Shown here: piece by piece, positions 30,229 to 39,460 of the stretch
How positions within the stretch are numbered: the stretch's first letter is position 1
How the letters are laid out: each line of letters starts with the position of its first letter
Assembly (NCBI GenBank): GCA_036156175.1
Contig: JAYZVA010000029.1
Coordinates: 1 to 58,249, forward strand
Direction: 5' to 3'
DNA: 58,249 bases
From: Myxococcota bacterium
GTDB lineage: Bacteria > Myxococcota_A > UBA796
Notes under the pieces: model-generated
Database searches by the model: none
What the model saw: the letters and a program-made list of their open reading frames with translations, nothing else
What the model was told of the DNA's origin: nothing
Translations under genes and position numbers: made by a program

Positions 30229-31233
30229 ATGAAAGCAGTTCGAATCGATCGCCATGGCGGCCCCGAGGTTCTTCGCATTGTCGACGTGGAGGAACCCTCG
30301 GTGGGGCCGGATGAGGTCCTCGTCCATATCACCCACGTCGGCCTCAACCACCTTGATGTGTGGGTGCGAAAGGGCGTCGATTCGCATGCCTTTCCGCTGC
30401 CGTTAATTCCCGGGTCGGATGTTGTCGGAGTCCGCGACGATACCGGGGAGCGCGTGGTGCTGCACCCCGGTTTTGGGTGCGAGCAGTGCCCCGCATGCCA
30501 CCGCGGTCGGCACAACTTGTGCCGCCGCTACGCCATCCGAGGCGAGACCGTGGACGGGGGGATGCGGGAACGCATGGCGGTCAAGGAATCCCACTTGCTC
30601 CCGTGCCCCATCGAGCCCGCCCAAGCCGCATCGCTCCCCCTGAGCCTGTTGACCGCGTGGCACATGCTGGTGGGGCGGGCGCGAATTCACCCGGGACAGA
30701 CGGTGTTGATTCAAGCGGGGGCATCCGGTGTGGGCTCTTTGGCCATCCAAATTGCGGCCCTTCACGGGGCGGAAGTGGCCGTCACGGCCTCCACGGATGA
30801 AAAAAGACGGCGGTGCATCGAATTGGGGGCCGCACACGCTTGGGCCTATGAAGAAGCCAAAAACGAGGTTAGAAAGTGGACAAGCAAGCGGGGGGTGGAC
30901 ATCGTCATCGATCACGTCGGGACCGACACCTGGAAATCGTCAATTCGCTGCTTGGCCCGTGGCGGGACTCTGGTTACCTGCGGGGCCACTTCAGGGCACA
31001 CGGCTGAAATCGACCTCCGTGTCCTGTTCTTTAAGCAACTCAGTCTCCTTGGAAGCACGATGGGCTCAATGGATGAAATGCGGGAGTCTTGGGCCGCCGT
31101 TCACACCGGTGCGGTCCGGCCGGTGGTCGACCGCGTCATGCCCATGACGTCCTTGGCGAAAGCCCATCGCTTGCTGGAGACCCGAGCCGCCAACGGAACG
31201 GTGGTTGTGGAGCAAAACCTGTGCGACGCGTAG
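30229..31233 (+). CDS. Zinc-binding (MDR) dehydrogenase / quinone oxidoreductase family
   Basis: 'GGPEVL', 'NHLDVW.RKG', structural Zn 'CEQCPAC.RG..NLC', 'AGASGVG'. Confidence 0.9.
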   Translation: MKAVRIDRHGGPEVLRIVDVEEPSVGPDEVLVHITHVGLNHLDVWVRKGVDSHAFPLPLIPGSDVVGVRDDTGERVVLHPGFGCEQCPACHRGRHNLCRRYAIRGETVDGGMRERMAVKESHLLPCPIEPAQAASLPLSLLTAWHMLVGRARIHPGQTVLIQAGASGVGSLAIQIAALHGAEVAVTASTDEKRRRCIELGAAHAWAYEEAKNEVRKWTSKRGVDIVIDHVGTDTWKSSIRCLARGGTLVTCGATSGHTAEIDLRVLFFKQLSLLGSTMGSMDEMRESWAAVHTGAVRPVVDRVMPMTSLAKAHRLLETRAANGTVVVEQNLCDA

Positions 31234-33431
31234 CGCTAATTCTGGCTGGAATGGGGTGTTCGGACCCCGACTCGTCGCCCCCAAAGGACGGCTTGGACGA
31301 CGCAACCGATGGGTTGTGCCCGACCGAGTTTCGGTACACCGCCGCCGACGCGATCGATGGCATCGCCATCGTGGGCCCGTTCAACAACTGGGATCCTTCG
31401 CGCAACGCGATGGAGCGGGTGGGCGAGAACGAGTGGCGGGTGTCGGTCCCCCTCGAGCCCGGTGCCCACCCGTACATGTTCACCGAACTGATCGACTGGA
31501 CTTACGACCAAGCCGAGTTGGCCGTCTGCGACCCGAACGCCGGGCTGGCCTTGTGCGAATACACCACGGCGTACGAGAACGACTGGGACCAAGAGTGTTC
31601 CACGGAGTCGTCGGACTGCGCGTCGATGATCGTGGTGCCCGATTGCAGCCAGCCGGCCGCCACCATCGACGGGCTCACCCACGCCGAAGGAACCCTGACC
31701 ATCACCGGCACGGTGACTGCCGGGGCGTTTCCGATTGATTCCGTCGAGCTCACGATCAACGGGGTGGCCCAAGACGTCGCGGTCGAGGACGGCACGTTCC
31801 ACGTGGAACACACGGCGGAGCCCAACGCGCGTCACCACATTGTGGTGTCCGCAACCGACACCGAAGGCACCCGTTCCGCCCCCGCCGTGGCCCCCATTTG
31901 GACCGACGAGTTCGAATGGCCGGATGCGGTGATTTACCACGCCTTGATCGACCGAGTGGCGAACGGAAATCCCGACAACGATGCGACGGCAGACACCACC
32001 CACGCCATCTCCGACTGGGCGGGCGGTGACTTGGCCGGCTTGGAAGCGAGCCTGCCGTTCTTGGATGACTTGGGCGTCAACACCTTGTGGCTGTCCAACC
32101 CGCAACCCGCACCCCCCGATGCCTGGCCCGGCGACTGCAACGCGACCTACTCGGGCTACCACGGGTTCTGGCCGGCGTCGTACGACGGCGTGGATGCCCA
32201 CCTCGGCGACACCGCTGCCCTCGACAGCCTGATCGGCGCCGCCCACGAGCGGGGCATGCGGGTGATCATGGACTGGGTCGGCAACCACGTGCACGACGAC
32301 CACGCCGCCGCGTCCGACGACGAGCGGTTCCACCCGACGGCAGTGTGCAACGACCGAGGGGGAGACGGCGTGAGCAACTGGGACCGCATCCCCGAGGAAT
32401 GCTGGTTCACCAACTACCTGCCCGACTGGGACCACAGCCAAGCCGATGTCGCCAACACCGTGGTCGAGATGGCGCTCGACTGGGCGCGCGACCGCAAGCT
32501 TGACGGCATGCGCGTGGACGCCGCAAAGCACATGTCCAAGGCCGTGCTGTTCAACCTGCGCAGCACCCTCGATGACCACCTCACCCCCCCGGGATCGAAC
32601 TTCGAATTCATCTTGATTGGGGAGACCTTTGACGGCGCCGAGGCGATCAACGCGGCCATCGGTCCCCACCTGCTCCACGGGCAGTTTGACTTCCCGCTGT
32701 ACTGGACCATCCGGGACGCGTTTGTCTACGACACCGCGTCGGTCGCGGCCGCCGTGAACCAGGCCGCCACCATCGCCGACCAGTACCCCGGCGGTCAGAT
32801 GTCCACGTTCCTCGGAAACCTGGATGTGGGCCGGTTCTTGACCGACCGCCACGAAGGCAACATGAACGTGTGTCCCGACGGCTCAATCCGCCAAGCCGGC
32901 TGGCCAGACGACGCCGAGGCCTTCGATCGCCTCCGCTTGGCGTGGACGCTGCTGTTCACCCAGCCGGGCATGCCGATGATCTACTACGGCGATGAGTTCG
33001 GGATTCCCGGCTACGGCGACCCGGACAACCGGCAGCCCCTGTGGTGGCACGGAATCGACACCACGGCCGGCTCGGTCGCCGCGGTGGCTGCAGACCTGAG
33101 CGCGGGCCCCGCGCGCGTGGTGGACACCCTTCAGCGGCTGATCGCGGCCCGTGCGGCGCACCCCGCCCTGCAGCAGGGCGAACAGCAGAACTTCTGGGTC
33201 GACGGCGACGGACTCGTGGGCACGGTGCACAGCACCGATGACGATGCCGCCATCGTGATCTTGAACCGAAACGACACCGAAGCCGCCATCGACAACTCGC
33301 TGGCCTTTTTCGGCCTGCCCGAGGGCACTTGGGTGGACCTCTTGTCCGACGAACGATTCACCAGTGACGGCGACCGCCTTCGCTTCTCTGTACCCCCAAC
33401 CACTCCCCGCGTTCTCGTACGGGAACCCTGA
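31221..33431 (+). CDS. GH13 alpha-amylase-family lipoprotein with N-terminal CBM48-like and Ig-like domains
   Basis: Start moved to GTG 31221; lipobox-like 'ILAGMGC'; 'GPFNNW'; 'YHGFW', 'DWVGNH', 'GMRVDAAKH', 'GETF', 'FLGNLD', 'IYYGDE'. Confidence 0.88.
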   Translation: MRRVALILAGMGCSDPDSSPPKDGLDDATDGLCPTEFRYTAADAIDGIAIVGPFNNWDPSRNAMERVGENEWRVSVPLEPGAHPYMFTELIDWTYDQAELAVCDPNAGLALCEYTTAYENDWDQECSTESSDCASMIVVPDCSQPAATIDGLTHAEGTLTITGTVTAGAFPIDSVELTINGVAQDVAVEDGTFHVEHTAEPNARHHIVVSATDTEGTRSAPAVAPIWTDEFEWPDAVIYHALIDRVANGNPDNDATADTTHAISDWAGGDLAGLEASLPFLDDLGVNTLWLSNPQPAPPDAWPGDCNATYSGYHGFWPASYDGVDAHLGDTAALDSLIGAAHERGMRVIMDWVGNHVHDDHAAASDDERFHPTAVCNDRGGDGVSNWDRIPEECWFTNYLPDWDHSQADVANTVVEMALDWARDRKLDGMRVDAAKHMSKAVLFNLRSTLDDHLTPPGSNFEFILIGETFDGAEAINAAIGPHLLHGQFDFPLYWTIRDAFVYDTASVAAAVNQAATIADQYPGGQMSTFLGNLDVGRFLTDRHEGNMNVCPDGSIRQAGWPDDAEAFDRLRLAWTLLFTQPGMPMIYYGDEFGIPGYGDPDNRQPLWWHGIDTTAGSVAAVAADLSAGPARVVDTLQRLIAARAAHPALQQGEQQNFWVDGDGLVGTVHSTDDDAAIVILNRNDTEAAIDNSLAFFGLPEGTWVDLLSDERFTSDGDRLRFSVPPTTPRVLVREP

Positions 33432-33436
33432 ACTCC

Positions 33437-35902
33437 ATGCTTCGACATTTTCTGTGCTTCTTCTTCCTGACGGGCTGCGCCGCCGAGCAGTACACGTCCG
33501 TTTACGCCATCTCCGACACGGCCCCGAGCCTCTCCGCCGACGCGATCGAGGACCTCGACCACATGGGACCGACCATCATCGATGGCGGCATCAACTTCGC
33601 GGTGTATTCCGAAAACGCGGAACGCCTTGAGCTTCTGATCTTCGACGATCCGGAGAGCACGCTGCCGACGCAGAGCATCGAGATGAACCGGCTGGGGAAC
33701 GTGTGGAACGTGTTCGTGGAGGGGATCGGCATCGGAACCCACTACGGCTACATCGCGTGGGGCCCCAACTGGACCTACGACCCGGAATGGATCCCCGGCT
33801 CAACGGCCGGGTTTCGGTCGGACGTGGACGACCATGGCAACCGGTTCAATCCCAACAAATTGCTGAGCGATCCGTGGTCCAAAGCCCTGCACCGCGACCA
33901 CGACTGGTCCAAAGGGTCGGTGGCGTCCGGACCCAAGCGCGCCGAGCCCACCTACGCCGCCAGCTCAAAGAGCGTGGTGGTCCAGTCCGAGTACGTCTGG
34001 TCGGACCACGAGACGGAGTGGCGCAAGGGACGCGCGAACAACGATCTTCCCGGGCACGACTGGCGCGACCTCGTCATGTACGAGGTGCACCCCAAAGGCT
34101 TCACCCAAAACCCCGCTTCCGGCGTCGATCACCCGGGAACCTTCCGGGGCGTGGGCGAGATGGCGCCGTACCTCGCTGACCTGGGCATCAACGCCATCGA
34201 ACTGATGCCCGTTCACGAAAAGCCGCTCGACGGCGGCTACTGGGGCTACAACTCGCTCAGCTTCTTCGCCCTTGAGCACAGCTTCTCCGCTTCGTTTCAA
34301 TCCACGGGACGCGTCACCGGCGTGATCGACGAATTCAAGTGGATGGTGGATCAGCTGCACCAAAACGGCATCGAAGTCATCGTGGATGTGGTCTACAACC
34401 ACACCGGCGAAGGTGGCCTGTGGCGGGAGCGCCTCTTCTTCGAGACCTACGAAGACGCCGAGTCGTTCAACTTCGATCCCAAAGAAGTCGCCGGCTTGTA
34501 CAACTTCCGCGGTCTCGACAACGCCGCCTGGTACGCCCTCAGTCCCGACGGCCAGACCTACTGGAACAACACCGGAGTCGGCAACCAGCTGCGCCCCAAC
34601 CACGTCCCGGGTCGGCGCATCATCATGGACTCGCTGCACTTCTTGGTCGAAGAGCTTCACGTGGACGGCTTTCGGTTCGACTTGGCCGGCATCTTGGGCG
34701 AGAAGGACCTCGACTACAACGCCCCCACTCCGGTCGAAACCACCATCGTTCAAGAGATCGCCGACGACCCGGTCATGCGCGCGCACAACGTTCGGCTGAT
34801 TTCTGAGCCCTGGACGGCCAGCGGCACCGGCCCAGGGATCGGCGGATTTCCCATGAGCCAAGAGGACCCCAGCTTCGGCTGGGCGGAGTGGAACGCGCAC
34901 TTCCGGGACTGGTGGCGGGCCTTCGCCAACCACTGCAACTGGTTGGACGGCCACATGGTGTGCCACGGCTGGGACGCCCCAGCCACGCCCGCATTCGTGT
35001 TGAACTCCACCGAGGGCATCGACGGCGGCTCCGCCATGACGGGCAGCGAATCGGTGTACGGAGACGAAGGGCGGTCGCCCGTCCACAGCGTCAACTTCGT
35101 CACCGTCCACGACGGCTTCACCTTGTACGACTTGTTCTCCTACGGCGACAAACAGAACGAGTGCGGCCTGCTCAACCCGAAGTGCTGCGACGATCCGCTG
35201 AGCGTGTGGTGCGATACCCAGTCGGGCGAGGAGCACAACCGGTCGTACGACTGGGGCAACGAGGCCATGAAACGCCAGCAGATGCGCAACCTCTTTGTCG
35301 CGATGATGATCAGTCAGGGCACCCCCCTGGTCTTGGGCGGCGACGAGTGGATGCGCACCCAGTACGGGAACAACAACGCGTACTCGACCTGGGCCGACAA
35401 CGAGTGGAACTGGTTTCGGTGGGGCGAGTGGCGCAACGTCACCGCACCGCACCGTCACCGGATGCACGACTTCGTGCGGGACTTGATCCACTTCCGCGCC
35501 GAGCGCATCAACCGCCTCAACCCGGGAGAATACGGTGCCGCATCCATCGCCTGGAAGAACGCATCGAACGGCGACATGTCCGGCGATGAGTGGGGGCAGA
35601 AGCGCCACGTGATGCTCCACCACTACGGCGAAGGCGACACCCCCGAGTTGGTCACCCTGATCAACTTCGAAGCCGGCTCGGTCAACTTCACCCTGCCGGA
35701 AGGCCAAGAGTGGGGTCGGGTGATCGACACCCAGTCGTGGTTCGACACCCCCGCCGATGCCGGCGAGGGCGGCGGCCTGTTCAGCGAGGACGAGACGCTC
35801 GATCCGTACATCTCCTGGAACATTCAGACCGATGATCCGCCCCTCGTTGGCGAAAACTACGACGTTCAAGCGTTCAGCATCGTTGTTCTGGAGGCGCAGT
35901 GA
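33437..35902 (+). CDS. Isoamylase / glycogen debranching enzyme (GH13, GlgX-like) lipoprotein
   Basis: Lipobox 'FLTGC'; 'NFAVYSENA', 'NPNKLLSDPW', 'YWGY', 'DVVYNHTGEG', 'DGFRFDLA', 'ISEPW', 'NFVTVHDGFTL', 'TQYGNNNAY'. Confidence 0.92.
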   Translation: MLRHFLCFFFLTGCAAEQYTSVYAISDTAPSLSADAIEDLDHMGPTIIDGGINFAVYSENAERLELLIFDDPESTLPTQSIEMNRLGNVWNVFVEGIGIGTHYGYIAWGPNWTYDPEWIPGSTAGFRSDVDDHGNRFNPNKLLSDPWSKALHRDHDWSKGSVASGPKRAEPTYAASSKSVVVQSEYVWSDHETEWRKGRANNDLPGHDWRDLVMYEVHPKGFTQNPASGVDHPGTFRGVGEMAPYLADLGINAIELMPVHEKPLDGGYWGYNSLSFFALEHSFSASFQSTGRVTGVIDEFKWMVDQLHQNGIEVIVDVVYNHTGEGGLWRERLFFETYEDAESFNFDPKEVAGLYNFRGLDNAAWYALSPDGQTYWNNTGVGNQLRPNHVPGRRIIMDSLHFLVEELHVDGFRFDLAGILGEKDLDYNAPTPVETTIVQEIADDPVMRAHNVRLISEPWTASGTGPGIGGFPMSQEDPSFGWAEWNAHFRDWWRAFANHCNWLDGHMVCHGWDAPATPAFVLNSTEGIDGGSAMTGSESVYGDEGRSPVHSVNFVTVHDGFTLYDLFSYGDKQNECGLLNPKCCDDPLSVWCDTQSGEEHNRSYDWGNEAMKRQQMRNLFVAMMISQGTPLVLGGDEWMRTQYGNNNAYSTWADNEWNWFRWGEWRNVTAPHRHRMHDFVRDLIHFRAERINRLNPGEYGAASIAWKNASNGDMSGDEWGQKRHVMLHHYGEGDTPELVTLINFEAGSVNFTLPEGQEWGRVIDTQSWFDTPADAGEGGGLFSEDETLDPYISWNIQTDDPPLVGENYDVQAFSIVVLEAQ

Positions 35903-37368
35903 TTGGCCGTCTCGCAGTGACCTTGATGGGCCTGGGGCTGCTGAGCGGGCCCGCCTCCGCGAACGCGCGGGTGGGCGGCTACGCCCGGGTGATGGCGCGT
36001 CCCGACCTGCAGGGAGGAACGGGTCGCCTCGGCTACTGGAACCTCTACGGCCGCCTCCTCAACGAAGGGCCCTACGCCGCACTCGACTTTGACTACGACG
36101 TGCTCGAGCCCGACGGAGCCAACCCCTGGACCACCATTCACATGCGCGTGGAAGGGGGAAGCGTCCAAGGCGCGGATTCTGGAAACGGCTCCCTTGACCG
36201 GTTTCGAATGTCGCAGCTGTACATCGAAGCCGGAAACGTCATCATTCCCAATGTGTCGTGGCAGGTCGGCACGCTGTACCGAACCATGGGCGACATGGGG
36301 CTGTATGACATGCGCCCCGCGACGATCTTCTTCAACACCGTCGGACTCAGCGGTACGCTTCGCACGGGCCCCCTTGAGCTCACGGTGGGCGGCGGAGACT
36401 CCGGCAACAGCCTGCGCATGAATCGGTACCACCCCGTGTGGACGGGAGGGGGTGCCGCCCGCCTTGGCTTGGGCCGGCACGTGCAGATCGGAATCGGCGG
36501 AGAGTGGTCCATGGAACGGGGCACGGAGGGCCATCGGTACGCCGCATACGACACCCCGGGCGTCGACTACGAAGACTGGCTCCGCGGCGAGACCATCGAG
36601 GCCTATCGGAGCGAGTTCCCCATCGACGCCGATCGGTTTCCGGATCCCATTGCGGCCGATGCCCAGTCCGGCCATGCGTTTGCCTACCTCGGCTTCGGCG
36701 GGCTTGGGCCGTTGAAGTGGAACAGCACCACCGTTCGGTTCGACCGGCTCCACCCCGAGGGACCCACGCGGGAAGACTACAACGGCGAGAGCGAAGACAT
36801 CCACGTCACCTCCCTCACCGATGAACGGACCGTGCTCTTTGTGGGCAACGAAGCGCACATCGCGGTGGTCCCCGAGCGCGTCGATGTGGCGTGGGGCGCC
36901 CTGTATGGAAAGCACGTCGACGGCGACAACACCGTGGCGCCATCCGACCACAACCGCTGGTACGCATCGACCGTGCTTCGGCTGCAAGTGGCCACCACCC
37001 GGACCCTGGCGGTGCTGCTCGAGAGCAGCATTGCCCAAGAGGTCTCGACCCTCGGAAACCGCTACCGCGAGCACGAGGACTCGATCTTCGCCAACACCAA
37101 CGGAATCCCCGATACCCGGGGACTGGAGTACGGCGAGACCGACACGCGCACCACCTGGCAAGGCAAGGGTGGAATCGTGTTCAACCCCATGGGCCCCGGA
37201 ATCTTCTCTCGCCCCAGCCTGCGGCTCCTGTACGGCGCGCAACACTCGAATGAAAACAACGCGTTTTCCAATCAATTTGTCACCACGTTGGACCAGTACA
37301 ACGAGTTCGGAACCGTTGAACAGCACTGGCACCACGTGTTGGCACTGGAGGCCGAAGCATGGTTCTAA
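35899..37368 (+). CDS. LamB/maltoporin-like carbohydrate porin
   Basis: Signal peptide, 'GGYAR', 'GRLLNE', 'FSRPSLRLLY', terminal 'EAEAWF', parallel to LamB motifs; GTGA overlap; alpha-glucan context. Confidence 0.75.
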   Translation: MIGRLAVTLMGLGLLSGPASANARVGGYARVMARPDLQGGTGRLGYWNLYGRLLNEGPYAALDFDYDVLEPDGANPWTTIHMRVEGGSVQGADSGNGSLDRFRMSQLYIEAGNVIIPNVSWQVGTLYRTMGDMGLYDMRPATIFFNTVGLSGTLRTGPLELTVGGGDSGNSLRMNRYHPVWTGGGAARLGLGRHVQIGIGGEWSMERGTEGHRYAAYDTPGVDYEDWLRGETIEAYRSEFPIDADRFPDPIAADAQSGHAFAYLGFGGLGPLKWNSTTVRFDRLHPEGPTREDYNGESEDIHVTSLTDERTVLFVGNEAHIAVVPERVDVAWGALYGKHVDGDNTVAPSDHNRWYASTVLRLQVATTRTLAVLLESSIAQEVSTLGNRYREHEDSIFANTNGIPDTRGLEYGETDTRTTWQGKGGIVFNPMGPGIFSRPSLRLLYGAQHSNENNAFSNQFVTTLDQYNEFGTVEQHWHHVLALEAEAWF

Positions 37369-37856
37369 TCGCTCTAATGTTGGCCTGTGGTGCGCCCAAG
37401 GTGGACGCCACGAACTTGCCAACCATCGCGGTCAATACGGCCATGGTTGCCCAATCACCCGCGGCCGTGGACGCCATGCGAGCGCCCATTGAGCGGGTCT
37501 TGCAAGCCGAGCGGCTGACCGCCACCGCGGTCGCGACCAACGACGCTTGGGCGGGACTGGGGACCAGCGGTCACCGGACCGCATGGCTGCTCGAACGCAC
37601 CGACGGCGCGCTGTCGCTGCTCATCGAGGCCGATGCCCGACGACGGGCCACCTTGGTGGGCCGCTTTCAGTGGGAAGTGTCCGCGACGGTGATCGTGGCC
37701 CAAGCGGACTTGCCCACCCTGGAGCAGACCACCGTGATGCGGGTGACCCTGCCCCACTCCCACCAAGACGAACGGGATGCCCTCGCCTCGGCAGCGCCCC
37801 GAATCGGACACTACGCAGCGGGTCTGGTCCGCCAGTTTCACGGGCAGCCGGAGTGA
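37359..37856 (+). CDS. Hypothetical lipoprotein
   Basis: Lipobox 'LMLAC' with short signal; overlaps both neighbours. Confidence 0.7.
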   Translation: MVLIALMLACGAPKVDATNLPTIAVNTAMVAQSPAAVDAMRAPIERVLQAERLTATAVATNDAWAGLGTSGHRTAWLLERTDGALSLLIEADARRRATLVGRFQWEVSATVIVAQADLPTLEQTTVMRVTLPHSHQDERDALASAAPRIGHYAAGLVRQFHGQPE

Positions 37857-39460
37857 TCGGCTGGTTGTGGTGCTTGAGCGCGGCGGCTGCCCCGATGGAC
37901 AGCGTCTACCTCATCATGGTGGATCGGTTCGCGAACGGACGCACGGCCAACGATCAAGCGGTGGACACGGCTTCACCCACGGCTTGGCACGGAGGGGACC
38001 TGGCCGGGATCCGCGCCAACCTCGACTACATTGAACAGCTGGGGGTGAGCACCGTCTGGATCACCCCCATCACCCGCAGTCGAACCGAGCCCATCGGCGG
38101 GCACCCGTCGTGGCACGGCTACTGGGTGGCCGACGGCCGAGCGGTCGACCCGCGGTTTGGAACCCTGGCGGAACTCAAGGCCCTCCGCGACGACCTCCAC
38201 AGCCGGGGAATGAGCCTGATGATGGATCTGGTGCTGAACCATGTGGGGCCCGAGACGCCCCTGACGACGGCCCATCCCGAATGGTTTCGCACCAATGGGG
38301 ATGTGACCGACTGGACCGATGATGCGCAGCGGCGCACCCACGACGTGCACGGCCTTCCCGACCTCGACCACAGCCAGCCCGCCGTGGTTCAGCATCTGCT
38401 GAAGGACGGGCGGCACTGGATTCGGTCGGTTGGGCCCGATGCCATCCGGGTCGATGCGGTGCGGCACCTCGACGTGCCGTTCTTGACGGCGTGGATCGAT
38501 GCGATGAAAACGGCCTCCCCGAACCCCATCGCCTTCGCCGGTGAAGTCTACGACGGAAACGCGGCGGCGATCGCGCGCGAGGCCCACGCCACGGGGCTCA
38601 CCCACACCTTCGATTTTCCATTGCATTACGCCATCACGGAAAGCGTGTGCGAGTCGGGCGACCTCCGGAAGATTCCCGCCGCCATCACCCAGGACCGAGC
38701 CTATCCGGCAGGGCACCAGTGGATCACCTTCCTCGACAACCACGACACCGCGCGAATCGCAACGGTGTGTGGCGATGCGACGAAGACCGCCATCGCCTTG
38801 ATGATGAGCCTCCGCGGCATTCCGTCCATCACCTGGGGCACCGCGCAGGGCATGACCGGTCGAACGGAAGTCGAAGCGCGCGGTGACATGGTGTTCGCGA
38901 CCGGCCCATTCCGGGACTTCATCGCCGATCGACTGGATGAGCGCCGCTCCTATCCACCGCTCGCCAACGGGCGCACCGAGTGGCTGACGGCGACGGCGAC
39001 GGCACTCGCCTTCGCACGGGTCACCACGAATCAAGCCATCATCGTGGCCACCGGAGAGGCCTCGAATCCGCCAGCACTCCCCAAAGAAGCCGGGTCCCCC
39101 ACCTGGGTGAGCCTGCCCGATGCGGGACTGAAGCGGTGGTTGCTGACTCCCGCGGCTGGCACAGACTTCTCGGACTGGACGGCCCGCCTTGATGCCGAAT
39201 CGACGGCCACCAAGACCGTCACCCTCACCACCGCCTCCGACGGGTTCATCTCCGGAAGCGACCCCGCCGTCGGTGCGTGGGATTCGTCCAAGGCGGTCGG
39301 TCCGGGGACCGCCGAGGTCCAGCTGCCGAGCGGCGGCGTGGTGGCGCTGAAGAGCCTGAAGCAAACGGAGGATGGGCGTCCCGTGTGGTCCGCCCATCCC
39401 GATACGTTTGTGATTGTGAACGACCTGCCCGAAGGCGAGCCGGTCAAGGTGAGTCCGTAG
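37853..39460 (+). CDS. Secreted GH13 alpha-amylase with degenerate C-terminal CBM20
   Basis: Start moved to GTG 37853; signal peptide; 'VDRFANG', 'HGGDLAG', 'WHGYW', 'DLVLNH', 'IRVDAVRH', 'GEVY', 'FLDNHD'; C-terminal 'GSDPAVGAWD...K...W'. Confidence 0.88.
   Translation: MIGWLWCLSAAAAPMDSVYLIMVDRFANGRTANDQAVDTASPTAWHGGDLAGIRANLDYIEQLGVSTVWITPITRSRTEPIGGHPSWHGYWVADGRAVDPRFGTLAELKALRDDLHSRGMSLMMDLVLNHVGPETPLTTAHPEWFRTNGDVTDWTDDAQRRTHDVHGLPDLDHSQPAVVQHLLKDGRHWIRSVGPDAIRVDAVRHLDVPFLTAWIDAMKTASPNPIAFAGEVYDGNAAAIAREAHATGLTHTFDFPLHYAITESVCESGDLRKIPAAITQDRAYPAGHQWITFLDNHDTARIATVCGDATKTAIALMMSLRGIPSITWGTAQGMTGRTEVEARGDMVFATGPFRDFIADRLDERRSYPPLANGRTEWLTATATALAFARVTTNQAIIVATGEASNPPALPKEAGSPTWVSLPDAGLKRWLLTPAAGTDFSDWTARLDAESTATKTVTLTTASDGFISGSDPAVGAWDSSKAVGPGTAEVQLPSGGVVALKSLKQTEDGRPVWSAHPDTFVIVNDLPEGEPVKVSP

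Noticed and set aside
33965-35869. 634-aa antisense ORF over the isoamylase (also 35866-37422, 37973-39520)
   Set aside because: Mirror-frame artefacts without recognisable domains.
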